From contig NC_043005.1 of NCBI RefSeq assembly GCF_006345805.1, positions 76,012,001 to 76,076,000 on the forward strand: DNA of 64,000 nt. The letters are read 5' to 3'. The notes below the pieces were generated by a model. It saw nothing but the letters and a program-made list of their open reading frames with translations. It was not told where the DNA came from and did not search any database. A program made the position numbers and the translations under genes. The stretch is from Octopus sinensis. Its lineage: Eukaryota. Shown piece by piece: positions 1 to 12,761 of this stretch (position 1 is the stretch's first letter; every line of letters starts with the position of its first letter).

Positions 1-256
1 CTTGTGGGGGGCAAGGAGAGTTATAACTTTCGACATAGAACAGTGGATCACGGCTCTTAGTTTATTAACTCGAAAGATGGTTCTCACACGCAACAAGTAG
101 AAAGCTCATGGTTCTCTGTAAAACGAAATAACAAACGATGCTGAGGCAGCCACCGTTCTATGGTTGACTCGTATCTCTGCGAGTTTATGTGACACATGAG
201 GTATGAACATTGTAATTTGTTTGACAAACTCCTAGAGTGCATCGCAGACTTCCGTT
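1..256 (+). mobile_element. Merlin/IS1595-like DDE transposase relic (copy 1, cut by window edge)
   Basis: HRTVDH..FINSKDGSHTQQVESSWFSVKR..DSYLCEFM motif set. Confidence 0.8.
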
Positions 257-292
257 TTTGAATTTTCGCTACAAAAGATGTATTAATTATCA

Positions 293-466
293 CCCTTTTA
301 CTTGTTTCAGTCATTTGGCTGTGGCCATGCTGGAGCACCGCCTTTCGTCGAGTAAATCGACCCCAGGACTTATTCTTTGTAAGCCTAGTACTTATTCTAT
401 CGGTCTGTTTTACCGAACCGCTAAGTTACGAAGACGTAAACACACCACCATCGGTTGTCAAGCGAT
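293..466 (-). mobile_element. SINE family A, 3' part (duplicate at ~8680-8853)
   Basis: Matches family A 3' half. Confidence 0.85.
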
Positions 467-659
467 TTTAGGGGCCAAACACCGTCAAATGACTGAAACA
501 AAGTAAAAGAGTAAAGAGAGAGTAAAGATATGACAAACTGAAAGAGAGAACAACATTTTGATTAAGGTTAACCAGAGGAGAACGAGTAGAGTGGTGGCGC
601 TGATGGAGTGGATGCCAAACTTAAATGAAATATGCTGTATTAAAAGGTCACTTTACTGT

Positions 660-731
660 GAAAGCGGTCGTGAACCGAACCAGAGCTGCCTGGGAGACAG
701 CTAACGGATCCTAACCATAAAGCACATGGGA
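660..731 (-). pseudogene. Decayed tRNA-Glu relic
   Basis: GAACCGAACC..GCCTGGG..ATCCTAACCA..CACATGGGA aligns to the reverse-complement consensus. Confidence 0.75.
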
Positions 732-1050
732 ACACTGAGTGCTGCATCCAATAGTTATGTCTTTATCAAACGTTTTCTTGATTAAGTGATAAAAAAATAG
801 GGTATAATATTAAAAAAAAAATTAATTCGTAATAGGTTATAAACGGTATAATAATTTTAAAAAATTAATTCGTAATTTCTTCAAATAATCCTTTTTCTTT
901 GTGTCACAATCACTGCTAGGATTTAGTTTTCTTTGTCCAAGAGGTAGATTTTAATTATTTAAGAAATTTACTTTTATTACGGCATGAATAAGTTAAAATC
1001 ACGAATTACTTAAAATAAATTTAACATAATTTATTCCCAAAAAATAAGCG

Positions 1051-1122
1051 TTCCCATGCCGGGAATCGAACCCGGGCCGCCTGGGTGAAAGCCAGGAATC
1101 CTAACCACTAGACCACATGGGA
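1051..1122 (-). tRNA. tRNA-Glu-TTC: tRNA-Glu(TTC), consensus copy
   Basis: Reverse complement reads TCCCATG TG GTCT AGTGGTTA GGAT T CCTGG CTTTCAC CCAGG CGGC CCGGG TTCGATT CCCGG CATGGGA A: 72-nt cloverleaf, A and B boxes, T-run terminator a few nt downstream. Confidence 0.97.
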
Positions 1123-1629
1123 GTGCTGCTTCGTGTCTGCATTACTTATACCTTTATCATAAGTATGTCTTTTTTTGTCAGTCGATGTCATTGCTGCTGG
1201 CTGCTTTTACGTTATCTTCGTTGATTAAGTGAGACATTTCGCCTCCTCTCTCTCTCTCTCTCACCTCCCCTCTCTCTTGCCAATCCTCTCTCGCCTCACT
1301 GCTCTCTCGCCTTCCCTCTCTCTCGCCTCCCCTGTCTTTTGCCTCCCCTCTCTCTTGCCTTCCCTCTCTCTCGTTTCCCATCTCTCTCGCTTCACGCCTC
1401 TCACGCCTCACGCCTCTCACGATGAAAATCTTAAGCGACTGTAAACTTATTAAATATTCGGATATCTCGATATCCTCCAAAGATTATATATAAAATCCAT
1501 GCATCTGGAATTAAGCAACGCAAACCCAGAATAGAAAAGCAAGTAAAGTACAAAATAAAAAATAAATAAAATAAAAACAACTTAAAAATGTCATCGTGGT
1601 CTTCTTCAGTTTCCGCCAACCAAATCCCG

Positions 1630-2560
1630 TACATACATACTACATACATACATACATACATACCTACATACATCATACATAGATAATACATACATACATA
1701 CATACTACATACATACATAATACATACATAGATACATACATACATACTAATACATACATACATACATACATACATACATACATAGATACATACATACATA
1801 CATACATACATACATAGATACATACATAATACATACATACATACAACATAGATACATACATACTACATACATACATACATACATACATACTAGATACATA
1901 CATACATACATACATACATACATACATACATACATACATACATACATACATACATACTACATACATACATAGATACATACATACATACATACATACATAC
2001 ATACATACATACATACATACATACATACATACATAGGTGTAAAAATCCAGGAATTGGTATCCAAAAATCATGATTCGTCTACCTCTCAACTCCTGTTCTT
2101 TCAACACGTGATCTGTTGAGCACCACCAGCAAAAATATTTTTTTCCTCTGTCTTCCCTTCTTGGGATCTTTCCTTCTCCTTTGTTTCAGACGAAGAGCTC
2201 CGCTCGAAACGTTAAACCCTCCTTCCCTTCTTTCCTGAGCGTCAAATAATACTTTAATTGTTCCACGTCCTCGCGTTGCTGTGTTTTTTTCTGTGTTTTC
2301 TTGTTTGGATTAACTTTACATACATACATACATACACACACACATACATACATACATATACACATACATACATACATACTTACATACATATACACATACA
2401 TACATACATACATATACACATACATACATACATACATACATACACACACATACATACATACACACACACATACATACATACATACTTACATACATACTTA
2501 CATACATACATATACACATACATACATATATACATACACACACACACATACATACATACA

Positions 2561-2592
<32 letters not shown>

Positions 2593-3070
2593 CACATACA
2601 TACATACATACATACATACATACATACATACATACTACTACATACATACATAAACATACATACATACATACATGCATACACACACACATACATACATACA
2701 TACTTACATACATACTTACATACATACATATACACATACATACTAATACATGCATACACACACATACATACATACATACATACATACATACATACATACA
2801 TACACACATACATACATACATACATACACACATACATACATACTACATCATACATACATACATACATACATACACACATACATACTTACATACATACATA
2901 TACACATACATACATACATACATACATACACACATACATACATACATACATACATACATACATACATACATACACACATACATACATACATACATACATA
3001 CACACATACATACATACATACATACATACATACATACATACATACATACATACGTTCGCACATACATGCA
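1630..3070. repeat. (TACA)n microsatellite, interrupted at 2035-2297
   Basis: Directly visible; other tracts at 3590-3960, 10100-10176, 11405-11480, 12000-12060. Confidence 0.97.
2181..2249 (+). ncRNA. Candidate type I hammerhead ribozyme (core CAGACGA variant), Penelope/retrozyme-like
   Basis: Stem I TTGTTT(2181-86)/AAATAA(2244-49); CAGACGA-A; stem II GAGC-TCC-GCTC; GAAA; stem III ACGTT(2209-13)/AGCGT(2238-42); GTC cleavage triplet at 2241-43. Confidence 0.5.
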
Positions 3071-3275
3071 TAAAAACATACATACATACTGTCTTTTTTT
3101 TTTCATCCTGAAAATACATACATATATTCTCAAGTTCCAAATATGAATTTGTCTGTGTTAATTACATCCCAAAGATGGAGCCTTGTATCTTTGTAGGAAA
3201 CCGACTCCCTCTTCAGAGGAAGGTTTATAATAATTAAAAAATAGAAGAGACAAACGTACATACATACATACATAC

Positions 3276-3760
3276 AAAAAAGAGAATAGCTACACTGAAC
3301 TATTGAGAAACCTGCAGTTACTCTGTCCAGATTACAAGCTCAGGTTTATACCTGTAATCATTGGGACCCTGGGATATGTAATACACTGGCTAAATACCAA
3401 TCTTGAGAAATTAGGCATCTCAAAACCACAAAGGTGAAAGCTAATTCGAAGACTACAGAGCTAATTCGTCACTGGAACTGTAAAAATTTGTAAAACTTTC
3501 CAGAAGTTTATCATTTAAATATTTATGAGCATGTCTAGATTTGCAACTATATGCATAAGAAAACATACAAAAATCAAAACATACAAACTGCACATATACA
3601 TACATACATACATACATACATACATACATACATACAAACAAACAAAAATACCCTGTTGTTGATGTTGAAATTTCAATGAAGGAACCTTAGATCTAGGTTA
3701 GAAACCGGCCCTTTCTCTATTGGCAAGAAATGTTGGAATAAAACTGAACAATAGCATACA
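3276..3760 (+). mobile_element. 5'-truncated RLE-type non-LTR retrotransposon (R4/Dong/NeSL-like) within (CATA)n
   Basis: 3279-3518 translates KENSYTELLRNLQLLCPDYKLRFIPVIIGTLGYV..LEKLG..LIRRLQ..TGTVKICKTF with stops; (CATA)n on both sides. Confidence 0.75.
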
Positions 3761-3922
3761 TATGCACATACATACATGCCTCCATACATACAAACATACA
3801 TACATACATACATACATACATACATACATACATACAAACATACATACACACAAACACATAGACACATACATACATACATACATACATACACACATACACA
3901 CATACATACATACATACATACA

Positions 3923-3953
<31 letters not shown>

Positions 3954-4145
3954 CATACATGCATACGAGTGGCGTGCGGTGACTTCCGGGGCTGGACATG
4001 CAATGAATTTCTTTGCCCCCCCCCCCCCCCCCGGCAATTTTTCAGGAAAAAAAAATTTCCAATTCCTACGATTTACATATGGGGGATTCTGAATATGCAA
4101 TCAACCCCGTATGACCTAGAATAAAAAAAAAAAAAACGTCGCCCT

Positions 4146-4375
4146 GGTACTATTTAAGAAGAGTGGTCCCGTTGCGCGCGCTGGCTAGTCGTGACTAGTC
4201 GATCCTACGACTATCTAGCAAAGTAAATAAATTTTTTAAACAAAATATATAAAACACAAAGTAAATAATGTTTTAAACAAAGTAAATAAAACACAAAGTA
4301 AGGATCGACTAGTCACGACTAGCTGGCGTGGATGCTCGGGTGCGCGCACCGGGACCACTCTTCTTAAATAGTACC
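4146..4375. mobile_element. Foldback/MULE-like MITE, copy 1
   Basis: TIR GGTACTATTTAAGAAGAGTGGTCCCG..GCTAGTCGTGACTAGTCGATCCT; no TSD evident. Confidence 0.75.
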
Positions 4376-4588
4376 CATGATTTTTAAATTGTTTGCAATA
4401 CTCATCAAATTTGTTGAAATTCGAAATTCCATGAATTTAAACTCTTCTAAGGATGAATATCGTGCTTTTATTTGGTCAACTATTGTACTGATAATTTTGT
4501 TATAAAGCATTTTATGTCGTTGGGGCTCAATAGATATATTCTTAGATCTCTGAATTCCTATTCCTGCATCGACTCCATATTTTTCCCC

Positions 4589-4912
4589 CCGGGTTCAGTT
4601 CCACTGCGTGGCACCTTGGGCAAGGGTCTTCTACTATAGTCTCGGGCCGACCAAAGCCTTGTGAGTGGATTTGGTAGACGGAAACTGAAAGAAGCCCGTG
4701 GTATATATGTATATATATATGCGTGTGTGTGTTTGTGCGTCTGTGTTTGTCCCCCTAGCATTGCTTGGCAACCGATGCTGGTGTGTTTATGTCCCCGTTA
4801 CTTAGCGGTTCGGCAAAATAGACCGATAGAATAAGTCCCGGGGTCGAGTTGCTCGATTAAAGGCGGTGCTCGAGCATGGCCGCAGTCAAATGACTGAAAC
4901 AAGTAAAAGAGA
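4589..4912 (+). mobile_element. SINE family A, nested in hAT relic
   Basis: Matches family A. Confidence 0.85.
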
Positions 4913-6893
4913 TTGAAAAATTATCAAGTTTGTTTTCGAGTACAGTTCTAGTTTTATCTATTTGATCTTTACAATACACTATGTCATGACTTTTACTCTG
5001 GAGGATGTTAAATATGAAAAAAGAAAAAAATCTCACTGAATACTTCTAACAAAAATAAGAAATCAGGAGCTTTTAAAGTTTGTAAGAATCCAATTGCTGA
5101 ATTTATGGTGGTATCATCCCATGCTTCAGGATTTTCAATGATGTGCTCAAAAAGGCTGATTATGAAATGATAATTTTCCTTTGTGGTAATAATAAGCCGT
5201 GAGGCTGTTGCCTTCGGAAATCTTTTTTTTAACAATGTTATCTAATGCATTAGCCCTTTTCGGTGTTGGTCTCCCACCGATATAATTAATTATTTTCCAT
5301 CGAATTCTCCTTTCGAAAAACTATTTCTCAAAATATCGTTTATAACACACATTTCACTCATTTCGTAAAAGGCTGTTCTTATATACGAACACACGTGGAA
5401 GCGCCGGCGTAAATTGTAAGTCAATTTCAACAAAACAGAAAGATACAGAAAGTGGGTATCATGCGGTCAGCTCATAGCATGACATGCCACTGAGAGAAAG
5501 GGGAAGGGGGTACAAAATATTATGAACGACCTTTCCTCCTAGCATCTGTTTTATCAATTCACTAAGAGAGAAAGAGGAAGGAGGGACAAACTAAGAGACA
5601 GTGAGGGAGGTCATGCGGGTCTTCCCCCAGCATAGCCACTAAGAGAAAGAGGAAGGGGGTACAAATATTTCAAATGCCCTATCCCCTTAGCATGTCTTTT
5701 AAACAAGTTGCTAAGAGTGAGAGAGAGAGAGGAAGGAAGGACAAACTGAGACAGAGGGGGAGTGTCTAACTTGCTGGTCTTGTCAATGCATGACTTCTAA
5801 AAGCAGAAGTAGAGTCACTGAGAGAGAAGGGGAGAAAAATACAACTGGACGGATTTTCTTTGAAACAAAGTAACTATTTTATCTAATTTTCCGATCATAT
5901 GGATAAAAAAATCACAGGGCATGCAACGCATACATTGCATACCTGAGAGTGCACGCCCCTGGCATACGTACATACATAGGATCTTCTCTGTCGGGCTGCA
6001 TTTTCTGAAATTTTAAAACTAATTGAAAATTTTCAAATTTGGAATATTGATGAAATTTTCCACGCTGACTCTCAGGGACAAATTCAATTTTTCCAGAAAT
6101 TAAAAAAAAAAAGAGTTACAGAGGTTTAAAGTTTGATAATTTTTACCCAATCAGAAAACAGGATATGGAAGATGTCATTTTGTGCGTGACTGCACATGTC
6201 AACATTACGGCAATAGCACGTGTTTTAATATCAAACTGTCAACGACTGAAGTATTAGTGGGATTCTGGTTTACGCACTCCATATAACTTCTCATGTTTTT
6301 TATTTTTTGAAATTTTCAGAAAATTTTTGCATATTTCTATTCTACACACGGAAATTCATACGATTATGCATCCACCACAAAAAAAAAAAAAATTGGTGCG
6401 TGATTTAAGGCCTACTTGCCTGTTATTTTTAGCACATCTCACGACCACCTCATACCTCCTTGTTTGTGTGTGTCTTTTGTTTCCCCACCACCACTTGACA
6501 ACCGGCGTTTGTGTGTTTACGTCCCCTAGGTTAGCTATTTGGAATAAATGATCAATAGAATAAGTACCAGGCTAAAACAAAAAAAGAAATTAGTGCTAGA
6601 GGCGATTCGTTCGACTAATGTTCTTCAACGTGGGGCCCCAGCCTGACCGCATGTTGATAACTGAAACAAGCAAAATATAAAGGATAAAAATTTTTAAAAA
6701 GTCACTTGACCTGCTGGATACCGCACCCTAATTTCCCTCTAATCAAATCCGTTTTTAAAAAAACGAAAGAAATTCTAAATAAATTAGAAAAATTACTCCT
6801 TAATTTCATGAATTTCGATAAGCTACTTTCAAGAATGAATGTAAATGTATTTCCTACAGCATCTTTATAATAATAAAAAAAATGAAGTAAACG

Positions 6894-6965
6894 TTCCCAT
6901 GCCGGGAATCGAACCCGGGCCGCCTGGGTGAAAGCCAGGAATCCTAACCACTAGACCACATGGGA
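6894..6965 (-). tRNA. tRNA-Glu-TTC: tRNA-Glu(TTC), consensus copy
   Basis: Identical to the 72-nt consensus. Confidence 0.97.
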
Positions 6966-7425
6966 CTTCCGCATTCGTGGTTCACAACTGATGACTTCAT
7001 CAAAAGTATTTCTCTTTCATCAGCAGTTGCCATTGTTGTTAGTTGCTGGTACATTATTTTTACTTATGAAGTTAGACATGTAGAATAAAGGGTCTTGCTT
7101 AGGAGTGAAAATAAAATTGTGAAACAGAGGTAAAATCACATTTGTCCTTGGGTTTACTTCACTTTCAAAGGAAAAGAAAAACCACTTTACTCGCCACAAC
7201 TTTGGGCAGAATAGAGGTTTAAGCACCCCCATAAACCTTTTAATTTAAAAAAAATCACAAAACTTAAAAATTTGTGTTCTACACACGTAAATTCATCCGA
7301 TTATGCAAATAAAATTTTTAAAAATATCTACATGCTAAAAACGACAGTTAAATCTCTCTTAAATCACACACCAGGGAGGGCATGAATTCGCATAAATAAC
7401 TCATGTCTTTCTAAAAGAAAACACA

Positions 7426-7497
7426 TTCCCATGCCGGGAATCGAACCCGGGCCGCCTGGGTGAAAGCCAGGAATCCTAACCACTAGACCACATGGGA
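7426..7497 (-). tRNA. tRNA-Glu-TTC: tRNA-Glu(TTC), consensus copy
   Basis: Identical to consensus. Confidence 0.97.
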
Positions 7498-8239
7498 TTG
7501 CTGAATGGCTGACCTTCTAATATAGATATCTATTTCAGTTTTCTGATCGTTATATGTTTATGAAAAGTGTATCACTTTATCTGCAGTTGTCCTTGCTAGT
7601 ACATTATCTTCAATTACGAATTCAAACATGTAGAATAAAAGTGTCTTCTCCAGAAACAAACACGAAAATGTACAACATATATAACGTCATAAACTATGAA
7701 TAAATAATGAGGAGTGAATCTATCAAATTGTCTGAGATTATGCATTCATCTGTTTCGTATCTGACATTTTAATGTGCCTTAAAATAACAATAATCCTTTC
7801 TACTATAGGCACAAAAGCTGAAATTTTTATGGAGGTGACTTGTCGATTACATCGACCCCCGAGACAGATAAGAAGTAAAGTCAACCTCAGTGGAATTTGA
7901 ACCATCCTCCGTGCTGACGATTCTGCTAGCTGAACCACCTTTAAAAATAATCATCCTTTCTACAATATGAACAAAGCCTGAAATTTTGAGGGATTAAATC
8001 GTCGGATCTTTTCTGTTTGGATCACACTTTTAAATTCCTTTCATTTTGCTTCAATTGATTTCAAATTTGGTGTATTGATGTAGTTTTGTATGCTAATTAT
8101 GTAAATGAAATTCTTTTTCTTCCATGAATTAATAAATGAAAGTTGGCAAATTTTTGGAAATTTTAGCCAGTCGAAAGCCACAGACATATTGGTACCTGTT
8201 TCTGTAATAACAAGCCAAGGTATAGTCTACTAACTGAGA

Positions 8240-8640
8240 AAGAGTGCTAGCTGATCAGTGTTTTTCGGAGGAGTGTGTCGCAAGACCAGACATGTTACTC
8301 TTTATGCGGTGCCATGTCGGATCGTGATACACTGGAGGAATGCATACATCAGTCGATTCTTCCAGGAATTACAATTTTCAGTGACTTGTGTGGGGGGCAA
8401 GGAGAGTTATAACTTTCGACATAGAACGGTGGATCAGGGCTCTTAGTTTATTAACTCGAAAGATGGTTCTCACACGCAACAAGTAGAAAGCTCATGGTTC
8501 TCTGTAAAACGAAATAACAAACGATGCTGAGGCAGCCACCGTTCTATGGTTGACTCGTATCTCTGCGAGTTTATGTGACACATGAGGTACGAACATTGTA
8601 ATTTGTTTGACAAACTCCTAGAGTGCATCGCAGACTTCCG
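8240..8640 (+). mobile_element. Merlin/IS1595-like DDE transposase relic (copy 2)
   Basis: VFFGGVCRKTR..DTLEECIHQSILPGITIFSD..HRTV..HTQQVESSW..SYLCEFM, frameshifted. Confidence 0.85.
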
Positions 8641-9045
8641 TTTTTGAATTTTCGCTACAAAAGATGTATTAATTATCACTCTTTTACTTGTTTCAGTCAT
8701 TTAGCTGTGGCCATGCTGGAGCACCGCCTTTAGTCGAGTAAATCGACCCCAGGACTTATTCTTTGTAAGCCTAGTACTTATTCTATCGGTCTGTTTTACC
8801 GAACCGCTAAGTTACGAAGACGTAAACACACCACCATCGGTTGTCAAGCGATTTTAGGGGCCAAACACTGTCAAATGACTGAAACAAAGTAAAAGAGTGA
8901 AGAGAGAGTAAAGATATGACAAACTGAAAGAGAGAACAACATTTTGATTAAGGTTAACCAGAGGAGAACGAGTAGAGTGGTGGCGCTGATGGAGTGGATG
9001 TCAAACTTAAATGAAATATGCTGTATTAAAAGGTCACTTTACTGT

Positions 9046-9117
9046 GAAAGCGGTCGTGAACCGAACCAGAGCTGCCTGGGAGACAGCTAACGGATCCTAA
9101 CCATAAAGCACATGGGA
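9046..9117 (-). pseudogene. Decayed tRNA-Glu relic (duplicate of 660)
   Basis: Near-identical to 660-731. Confidence 0.75.
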
Positions 9118-9442
9118 ACACTGAGTGCTGCATCCAATAGTTATGTCTTTATCAAACGTTTTCTTGATTAAGTGATAAAAAAAATATGGTATAATATTAA
9201 AAAAAAAAAAATAATTCGTAATAGGTTATAAAACGGTATAATAATTTTTCAAAAATTAATTCGTAATTTCTTCAAATAATCCTTTTTCTTTGTGTCACAA
9301 TCACTACTAGGATTTTGTTTTCTATGTCCAAGAGGTAGATTTTAATTACTTAAGAAATTTACTTTTATAACGGCATGAATAAGTTAAATTCACGAATTAC
9401 TTAAGATAAATTTAACATAATTTATTACAAAAAAAGAATGCG

Positions 9443-9514
9443 TTCCCATGCCGGGAATCGAACCCGGGCCGCCTGGGTGAAAGCCAGGAATCCTAACCAC
9501 TAGACCACATGGGA
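9443..9514 (-). tRNA. tRNA-Glu-TTC: tRNA-Glu(TTC), consensus copy (paralog of 1051)
   Basis: Identical to consensus; flanks match 1051 copy. Confidence 0.97.
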
Positions 9515-10176
9515 GTGCTGCTTTGTATCTGCATTACATATACCTTTATCATAAGTAAGTCTTTTTATGTCAGTCGATGTCATTGCTGCTTGCTGCTTTT
9601 ACGTTATCTTCGTTGATTAAGTGGGGCATTTCGCTTCCTCTCTCTCTCTCTCTCTCTCTCTCTCACTTCCTCTCTCTCTTGCCAATCCTCTCTCGCCTCA
9701 CCGCTCTCTCACCTTCCCTCTCTCTCGCCTCCCCTGTCTTTTGCCTCCCCTCTCTCTTCCCTTCCCTCTCTCTCGCCTCTCCTCTCTCTTGCCTCCCGTC
9801 TCTTTCGCCTCCCTTCTCTCTCACTTCCTCTCTCTCTCGTTTCCCATCTCGCTTGCCTCTCCTCTCTCACGCCTCTCACGATGAAAATCTTAAGCGACTT
9901 TAAACTTATTAAATATTCGGATATCTCGATATCCTCCAAAGATTATAAATAAGATCCATGCACCTGGAATTAAGCAACACAAACCCAGAATAGAAAAGCA
10001 AGTAAAATACAAAATAAGAAACAAAAATAAAACAAAATAAAATAAAAACAACTTAATGTGTCCTCGTGGGTCTTCTTTCAGTTTTCGCCAACCAAATCCA
10101 CATACATACATGCATACATACATACATACATACATACATACATACATACATACATACATACATACATACATACATA

Positions 10177-11403
10177 ATAGCTGCTCCCTCGTTATCGAGT
10201 ATGGCCTTTGCACGAAGCTTAACTGTTATTGGTGCTGTGATCGAATGTGAATTTTTAGCCCAGCTAAAGAACTACAATGTCTTGTACAGAATTGGCAGCT
10301 AAAACCTTTACCGGTAATAGCCGGCTGTAGTTGTAACTGGGCTTCATGTATTTTGCATGTCGTTTAGGACCACCTGCCGAATTACACTCTCTTCCACATG
10401 CCTGACAGATATGATTAGTATGGTGTGTTACACCACCACCAGTGGCCAGGTTGTCACTCATCTGCCTCGCTTTATGACTACGAAGATGACTCTTGAGTCC
10501 AGCTTTACTGAGGCAGGGTCTTGCACAGACACTGCATGTCAGCATTATAGGAAGACCCTTCCCATTTGGAAGTGTACCAGTGATGCCCTTCCTGACATCC
10601 CTCCTAACTTTCTCATGCGCAACTCGAGATTTCTCGAAAGTAGCTGTCCCCTCGTGCACAATCCTTCTCCACCTGCTACGATCAATAGCCATGCCCTCCC
10701 ATGTGTCAGGAGAGATGCAAGCATCTCTTAAGGAAGCCTTCAGCAAGTCCTTATACCTCTTTTTTGGTTTATGTGGAGGTCGTTCTCCTTTAGCTAACTC
10801 TCCATAAAAGAGTTGTTTGACATCCTTGAATCCTTCATCCTAACCAGATGACCACTCCATCTGAACCTTTGCTTTAACACAAGGGCTTCTATACTTTCGC
10901 ACCGAGAGCCTTCAAGATCACTGATGCGGTCCTCCCACTTAATGCCATAAATCCGTCTGAGACACATATGATGGAAACGTTCCAGTTGTTTAAGGTGGTA
11001 TCGATATGTGACCCACGTCTCGCAAGCATAGAGAAGAGAAGGGAGCACACATGCCTTGTATACCTTTATCTTTGTCTTTCTGCATATGTCTCGCCGACTC
11101 CGGAGGCGCCTTTCTAGCCTTCCGAAAGCAACACTTGCTTTCCTAATTCTATATGAAATTTCATCATCCAAATTGCTATATCTATTAACAGTGCTTCACA
11201 GGTAGACAAACTGATTAACTACAACAAGTCGTTTATCATACACAGATATTTGGTAGACTATAGTGCTTACCAGGGGCAGGTTGATACATGACAAAAGTTT
11301 TCTTGAGATTGACTTTCAATCCTAAGGCAGTGCAAGCATCAGAGAATGCATTCAAAATATGTTGCATACCAATCCCTGTGTGTGCTACTAGCTCACAATC
11401 ATC
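10177..11403 (-). mobile_element. 5'-truncated RTE (BovB-like) LINE
   Basis: DDCELVAH..LGLKVNLKKT, DDEISYRI.KAS.AFGRL, VLPSLLYACETW, RWSGHLVRM, two C-terminal C2H2-like motifs (CSVC..HLRSH, CQAC..H); frameshifted; between (CATA)n tracts. Confidence 0.92.
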
Positions 11404-11669
11404 ACATACATACATGCATGCATACATACATACATACATACATACATACATACATACATACATACATACATACATACATACTATTTTTTTTATATTTCAT
11501 CCTAAGAATACATACATACATATATTCTCAAGTTCCAAATATGAATTTGTCTGTGTTAATTACATCTCAAAGATGGAGCCTTGTATCTTTGTTGGAAACC
11601 GGCTCCCTCCTCAATGGAAGGGTTATAATAATTAAAAAAATAGAAGAGACAAACGTACATACATACGTA

Positions 11670-12060
11670 CAAAAAGGAGAATTGCTTCGCTGAACTATTG
11701 AGAAATTTGCAGTTACTCTGTCCAGATTACAAGCTCAGGTTTATACCTGTAATCATTGGGGCCCTGGCATATGTAGTACACTGCCTAAATTGCAATCTTG
11801 AGAAATTAGGCATCTGAAAACCACAAAGGAGAAAGATAATTCGAAGACTACAAATCCAATCAATCACTGGAACTGTAAAAATTTATTTGTAAAACTTTCC
11901 CGAAGTTTATCATTTTAATACATACGAGCATGTCTAGATATGCAACTATATGCATAAGAATACATACATAAAACAAAACATACAAATCTGCACATATACA
12001 TACATACATACATACATACATACATACATACATACATACATACATACATACATACATACA
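11670..12060 (+). mobile_element. Duplicate of the RLE-LINE 3' fragment
   Basis: KKENCFAELLRNLQLLCPDYKLRFIPVIIGALAYV..IIRRLQIQSITGTVKI. Confidence 0.75.
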
Positions 12061-12689
12061 TACACACATGCATACACACATGCATACGCACTCCATATAA
12101 CTTTTCATGTTTTTTAATTCTTGAATTTTTTTGAAATTTTCAAAAAATTTTTGCATATTTCTATTCTACACTCGGAAATTCATACGATTATGCATCCACC
12201 ACAAAAAAAAAAATTGGTGCGTGATTTAAGGCCTACTTGACTCTTATTTTTAGCACATCTCACGACCACCTCATACCTCCTTGTTTGTTTGTGTCTTTTG
12301 TTACCCCACCACCGCTTGACAACCGGTGTTGGTAGGTTTACGTCCCCTGGGTTAGCTATTCGGTAGAATAAGTACCAGGCTAAAAAAAAAAAAGAAAATT
12401 AGTGCTAGGGGCGATTCGTTCGACTAACATTCTTCAACGTAGAGCCCCAGCCTGACCGCATGTTGATAACTGAAACAAGTAAAATATAAAGGATAAAAGA
12501 TTAAAAACAGTCATTTGACCAGCCGGATACCGCATCCAAATTTCTCTCTAATCAAATCCGTTTTAAAAATGAAAGAAATTCTAAATAATTACTCCTTAAT
12601 TTCATGAATTTCGATAAGCTACTTTCAAGAATGAAGGTAAATCTATTTCCTACCGCATCTTTATAATAATACCAATAAAATAGTGAATA

Positions 12690-12761
12690 TTCCCATGCTG
12701 GGAATCGAACCGGGGCCGCCTGGGTGAAAGCCAGGAATCCTAACCACTAGACCACATGGGA
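12690..12761 (-). tRNA. tRNA-Glu-TTC: tRNA-Glu(TTC) with two T-stem mismatches, possibly non-functional
   Basis: T-stem CCCGG/CCCAG instead of CCGGG/CCCGG; paralog of 6894. Confidence 0.7.

Larger units (their letters stand above)
3967..5961 (-). mobile_element. Internally deleted hAT transposon (ZMYM1-like transposase relic) with nested MITE and SINE
   Basis: Ends (G)AGTGGCGTGC / GCACGCCCCTG; flanks GCATACG / GCATACGT (8-bp TSD-like); fragments GRPTP, SRLIITTKENY..WDDTTINSAIGFL..FLFLLEVFSEIF and LYNKIISTIVDQIKARY. Confidence 0.65.

Noticed and set aside
1431-4124. Many long MYVC/HTYI ORFs (also at 9890-10302, 11236-12156, 29421-30019, 53635-54071)
   Set aside because: Translations of (TACA)n/(TA)n microsatellites that lack stop codons; not genes
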